NCBI GenBank assembly: GCA_963706575.1
Contig: CAVPNL010000018.1
Coordinates: forward strand, 32,001-96,000
DNA from: an uncultured delta proteobacterium
Lineage (GTDB): Bacteria; Desulfobacterota; Desulfobacteria; Desulfobacterales; JAHEIW01
Direction: 5' to 3'
Length of the DNA: 64,000 bases
In this document: one piece after another, positions 61,197-64,000 of the stretch
Position numbering within the stretch: the stretch's first letter is position 1
Layout of the letters: each line of letters opens with the position of its first letter
Program-made: the position numbers and the translations under genes
Notes under the pieces: generated by a model
Database searches by the model: none
What the model saw: the letters and a program-made list of their open reading frames with translations, nothing else
What the model was told of the DNA's origin: nothing

Positions 61197-61502
61197 TTAG
61201 TAGCGCCCTTTGCCGCGCCTGTCTCCACGTCCTCCTCTGTCTCTACCTCTACGGTCGTCAGACTGAGAGCGAGCTTCATTGACGGTAATCGTTCTGCCTT
61301 TAAAAGCCTGTCCATTTAAAGTTGTGATTGCAGACTGAGCCTCAGCTTGAACGGGCATCTCCACGAATCCAAAGCCTTTTGATCGACCACTTTGTTCATC
61401 CTTGACAACAGATGTGGATGTGACTTGTCCGAAGGCCTCAAAAGCCTGGCGCAAATCTCGTTCGGTGACATTATATGATAGGCTGCCGATGAAAATTTTC
61501 AT
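61197..61502 (-). CDS. RRM RNA-binding protein
   Basis: IFIGSLS, KGFGFVEM, VNEAR. Confidence 0.95.
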   Translation of the reverse strand: MKIFIGSLSYNVTERDLRQAFEAFGQVTSTSVVKDEQSGRSKGFGFVEMPVQAEAQSAITTLNGQAFKGRTITVNEARSQSDDRRGRDRGGRGDRRGKGRY

Positions 61503-61557
61503 TTTAATCCCCCTCGATCAACCGTGTGAAGTTTTGCGTGCACCAATCTTTAAATCA

Positions 61558-63034
61558 TTAAGCTACTGCATGCATACAGTCAATCAATTCTCTGACTTCA
61601 ACAATTGCTATGCCGGAATTGATATCGGACATGGCGTAGGGAATGACCAACTCGTTGTTATGAATTAGCGCACCGCAGGAATAAACAACATTGGGAACAT
61701 ATCCCTCGCGCTCTTTCTCATGCGGGGCAAGCAACGGCTCATCCAGGCGGGCGATGATTTTTGCTGGATTTTCAAGATCAAGCAGTATGGCGCCGATGCA
61801 ATACTTGCGCATAGGCCCGACGCCATGGGTGAGCACAATCCAGCCTTCATTGGTTTCGAGGGGTGAACCACAGTTGCCGATCTGGATGAATTCCCATGGG
61901 TGTTCAGGCTCCTGGATGATTTGGGACTCTTGCCAGAAATGGATATTGTCTGAGAACATGATATGATTGTTTTCACCGTCCTGGCGCGAGAGCATGGCAT
62001 AGCGGCCGCCAATTTTCCGCGGGAAAAGCGCCATGCCCTTGTTTTGTACGGCTTTACCGTTGAGCGTTAAAATGTTGAATTTGATGAAATCCTTTGTTTC
62101 GATCAACTGCGGTAAAATCGTGCCGTTATAGGCGGTATAGGTCGCGTAATAGACGACCTCACCGTTGTCATCGAAAAATTGAACGAACCGGGCATCTTCA
62201 ATGCCTCTGCTTTCGTTTTTCGAAACGGGAAAGATCACCCGTTCGGATATGCTATGATCGGCGTGGAAACTCACCTCATAATTGGAATCCGCCAGCCAGC
62301 ACATGGCCTTGAAGGTTCTTTTTTGGCTGCGCTTCAGAAAATTGCGGTTTTGCGCGAAGTATTCCAATTTTTTCTATTAATTCATTATAAGTAAAATCTT
62401 CCGGCAGCTGGTTAAGAATATGGGCGGTTATCTCATTGCCGGCCCCCATCTCGTTCAGCTTGAGCTGGAAAGGATTGCGCTTGTAAACCGCGTCTAATTG
62501 GAGATCCGGCGTTTCCACAAAATCACTGATCGGGTCGAAAAGGAACGCATTGTGCCGGTCAAGGACGCCGCTGCGAAAGACAATTGACGAAACATGGCCT
62601 TCGCCGGTTGCCCGCAGACTCATGACAAAGCGCAAGCTGCCTTTTTTCAGATGGCTCTGATCAGGATGGGGAACGAGGGAAGGGTTGAAAAGGGCGGCCG
62701 ATTCAATGGCGTACTCTTTTGTAAAGTAAGCTCCGATGAGGGCCCTTTGAGCATCGCTAAGCATTGCATCCCCGGGAAGATAACCTTTCACCTCGTTTAG
62801 ATGCCGCTCAAAAATATGCCCGATGTCTTCGTGCCTTCCGGCAAAGTCAGTCATTATTTGAGTAATTAAATTTTTGGCCGCTGTTTCAGACAGGCTCATT
62901 ATCCGCTGAATTATTTTAGATATGCGATACCTGTCATCGGGAAGATGAAGAAGGGTGATTACCCGTGATGTATCCCCTACGATCTTATTCGCTTTTCTTT
63001 TAACTTTCAGCTTTTGACGCTTTTTAGGGTGCAT
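61558..63034 (-). CDS. GH130-family glycosidase/phosphorylase (long form); +1 frameshift near 62330
   Basis: ESAALFNPS, RATGEGHVSS, GIEDARFV, NKGMALFPRKI, REGYVPNVVYSCG. Confidence 0.88.
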
Positions 63035-63164
63035 ATGATTGTGTCCTTAGGGTCGATTGATATTTAATACACTGCATCGTAGGTCTGTTCATCATAATAG
63101 CTCTTCCATTCCGGCCTATCCTCGAAGTTGATTTTCCGGTCTGCGATCATCCGGCAATGATCAT

Positions 63165-64000
63165 CTACAGCGGAGGCCGGGAAACCGAGAGGCAGAGCGC
63201 TACCAATTCATCAATGACGGCCGTGCCGGCGCACATGACCGTATCCGCGCCGCCCCAGTATATTTTTACCGTACCGTCGTCTTCCGGAACAGCGCCGCAG
63301 GTAAAGACAACATTGGGGACATAGCCAATTACCTCCCAGGGATCCTCAGGCTGCAATATCCACTGATCGGAAACGCCGATGATGTTGGCCGGATCATCAA
63401 GGTCATGCAGGGCCGCGCCGAGTCGATACACTGTTCCGGACATCGTCTTAAAAACGCCATGGTAAATATGAAGCCAGCCTTTGTCGGTTTTAAATGGTGG
63501 TGCGCCGGGTCCGATTTTCATTTCATCCCAGTGATAGGCCACCGGCTTCATAATCACCCGGGAATCGCCCCAGTGCACGAGGTCGGGAGAATAGGAAATC
63601 CAGATCGACCAGGACGAAATTTCGGAATGTGGCCGATCCAAACGCACATACCGATCGCCGAACTTTTCAGGGAAAATGACCACGTTGCGGAGGTCGGCCT
63701 GGGTGATCAGCGCAATACGTTCCACTTTTTCAAAATCCCGGGTGCGCGCCAGGGCAATCCGCACGCCGTGATGGGAATAGGCGCTATAGGTCAGCAGGTA
63801 CTCGTTTTCTACCCGGGAAATCCGCATGTCTTCGACGCCGAACGCTTCATATTCGGCAAAAACATTGTCCGTTGAAGGTATAAGAAAGGGTTTGGGGTGA
63901 ACCGTAAATGAAAAACCATCCTCGCTGTCGGCCCTGCCGATGATGGAGCGCCCGTTTAGCAGATGCGACCTGAAAAGCATAATGTAACGATCGTTGTGTT
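63165..64000 (-). CDS. GH130-family glycosidase/phosphorylase, 5'-truncated by window edge
   Basis: GVEDMRI, RNVVIFPEK, KIGPGAPP, GYVPNVVFTCG, YWGGADT. Confidence 0.9.
   Translation of the reverse strand, partial: HNDRYIMLFRSHLLNGRSIIGRADSEDGFSFTVHPKPFLIPSTDNVFAEYEAFGVEDMRISRVENEYLLTYSAYSHHGVRIALARTRDFEKVERIALITQADLRNVVIFPEKFGDRYVRLDRPHSEISSWSIWISYSPDLVHWGDSRVIMKPVAYHWDEMKIGPGAPPFKTDKGWLHIYHGVFKTMSGTVYRLGAALHDLDDPANIIGVSDQWILQPEDPWEVIGYVPNVVFTCGAVPEDDGTVKIYWGGADTVMCAGTAVIDELVALCLSVSRPPL

Noticed and set aside
61160..61315. 52-aa N-terminal extension of the RelA/SpoT ORF
   Set aside because: Overlaps the RRM gene in another frame; ATG 61159 has a GGAG RBS.
1..64000. rRNA, tRNA (including selC) and intact transposase or integrase genes
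   Set aside because: None recognised by eye; a covariance-model scan would be needed to exclude small RNAs.

Overview
Bacterial chromosomal window. Gene content and repeat style suggest an anaerobic deltaproteobacterium (Desulfobacterales-like); this is inference only. Core blocks are: glycine cleavage/lipoate/alr/serB (1-8 kb); a hybrid sensor kinase; an AttEFGH-like ABC transporter with lipocalin; class II photolyase; an octaheme cytochrome; acyl-CoA metabolism genes; an RND pump; and a TetR(FadR)-acyl-CoA dehydrogenase-membrane Fe-S oxidoreductase-etfBA operon with a clear palindromic operator. Two decaying accessory islands (about 31.5-38.3 kb and 55-62 kb) share a 58-bp AT-rich element end. 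The top finding is hidden from the ORF track. At 54516-55223 (-) there is a 235-codon MerB (organomercurial lyase)-like gene in which both catalytic cysteine positions are in-frame UGA codons, each followed by a SECIS-like hairpin with a GGUC loop. This suggests a di-selenocysteine organometal lyase co-transcribed with an MFS transporter. Intergenic DNA is full of inverted hairpins built from 7-nt and 9-nt tandem units, REP-like palindromes and two MITE families. At least seven otherwise intact genes carry single +1 insertions, most likely long-read consensus errors.
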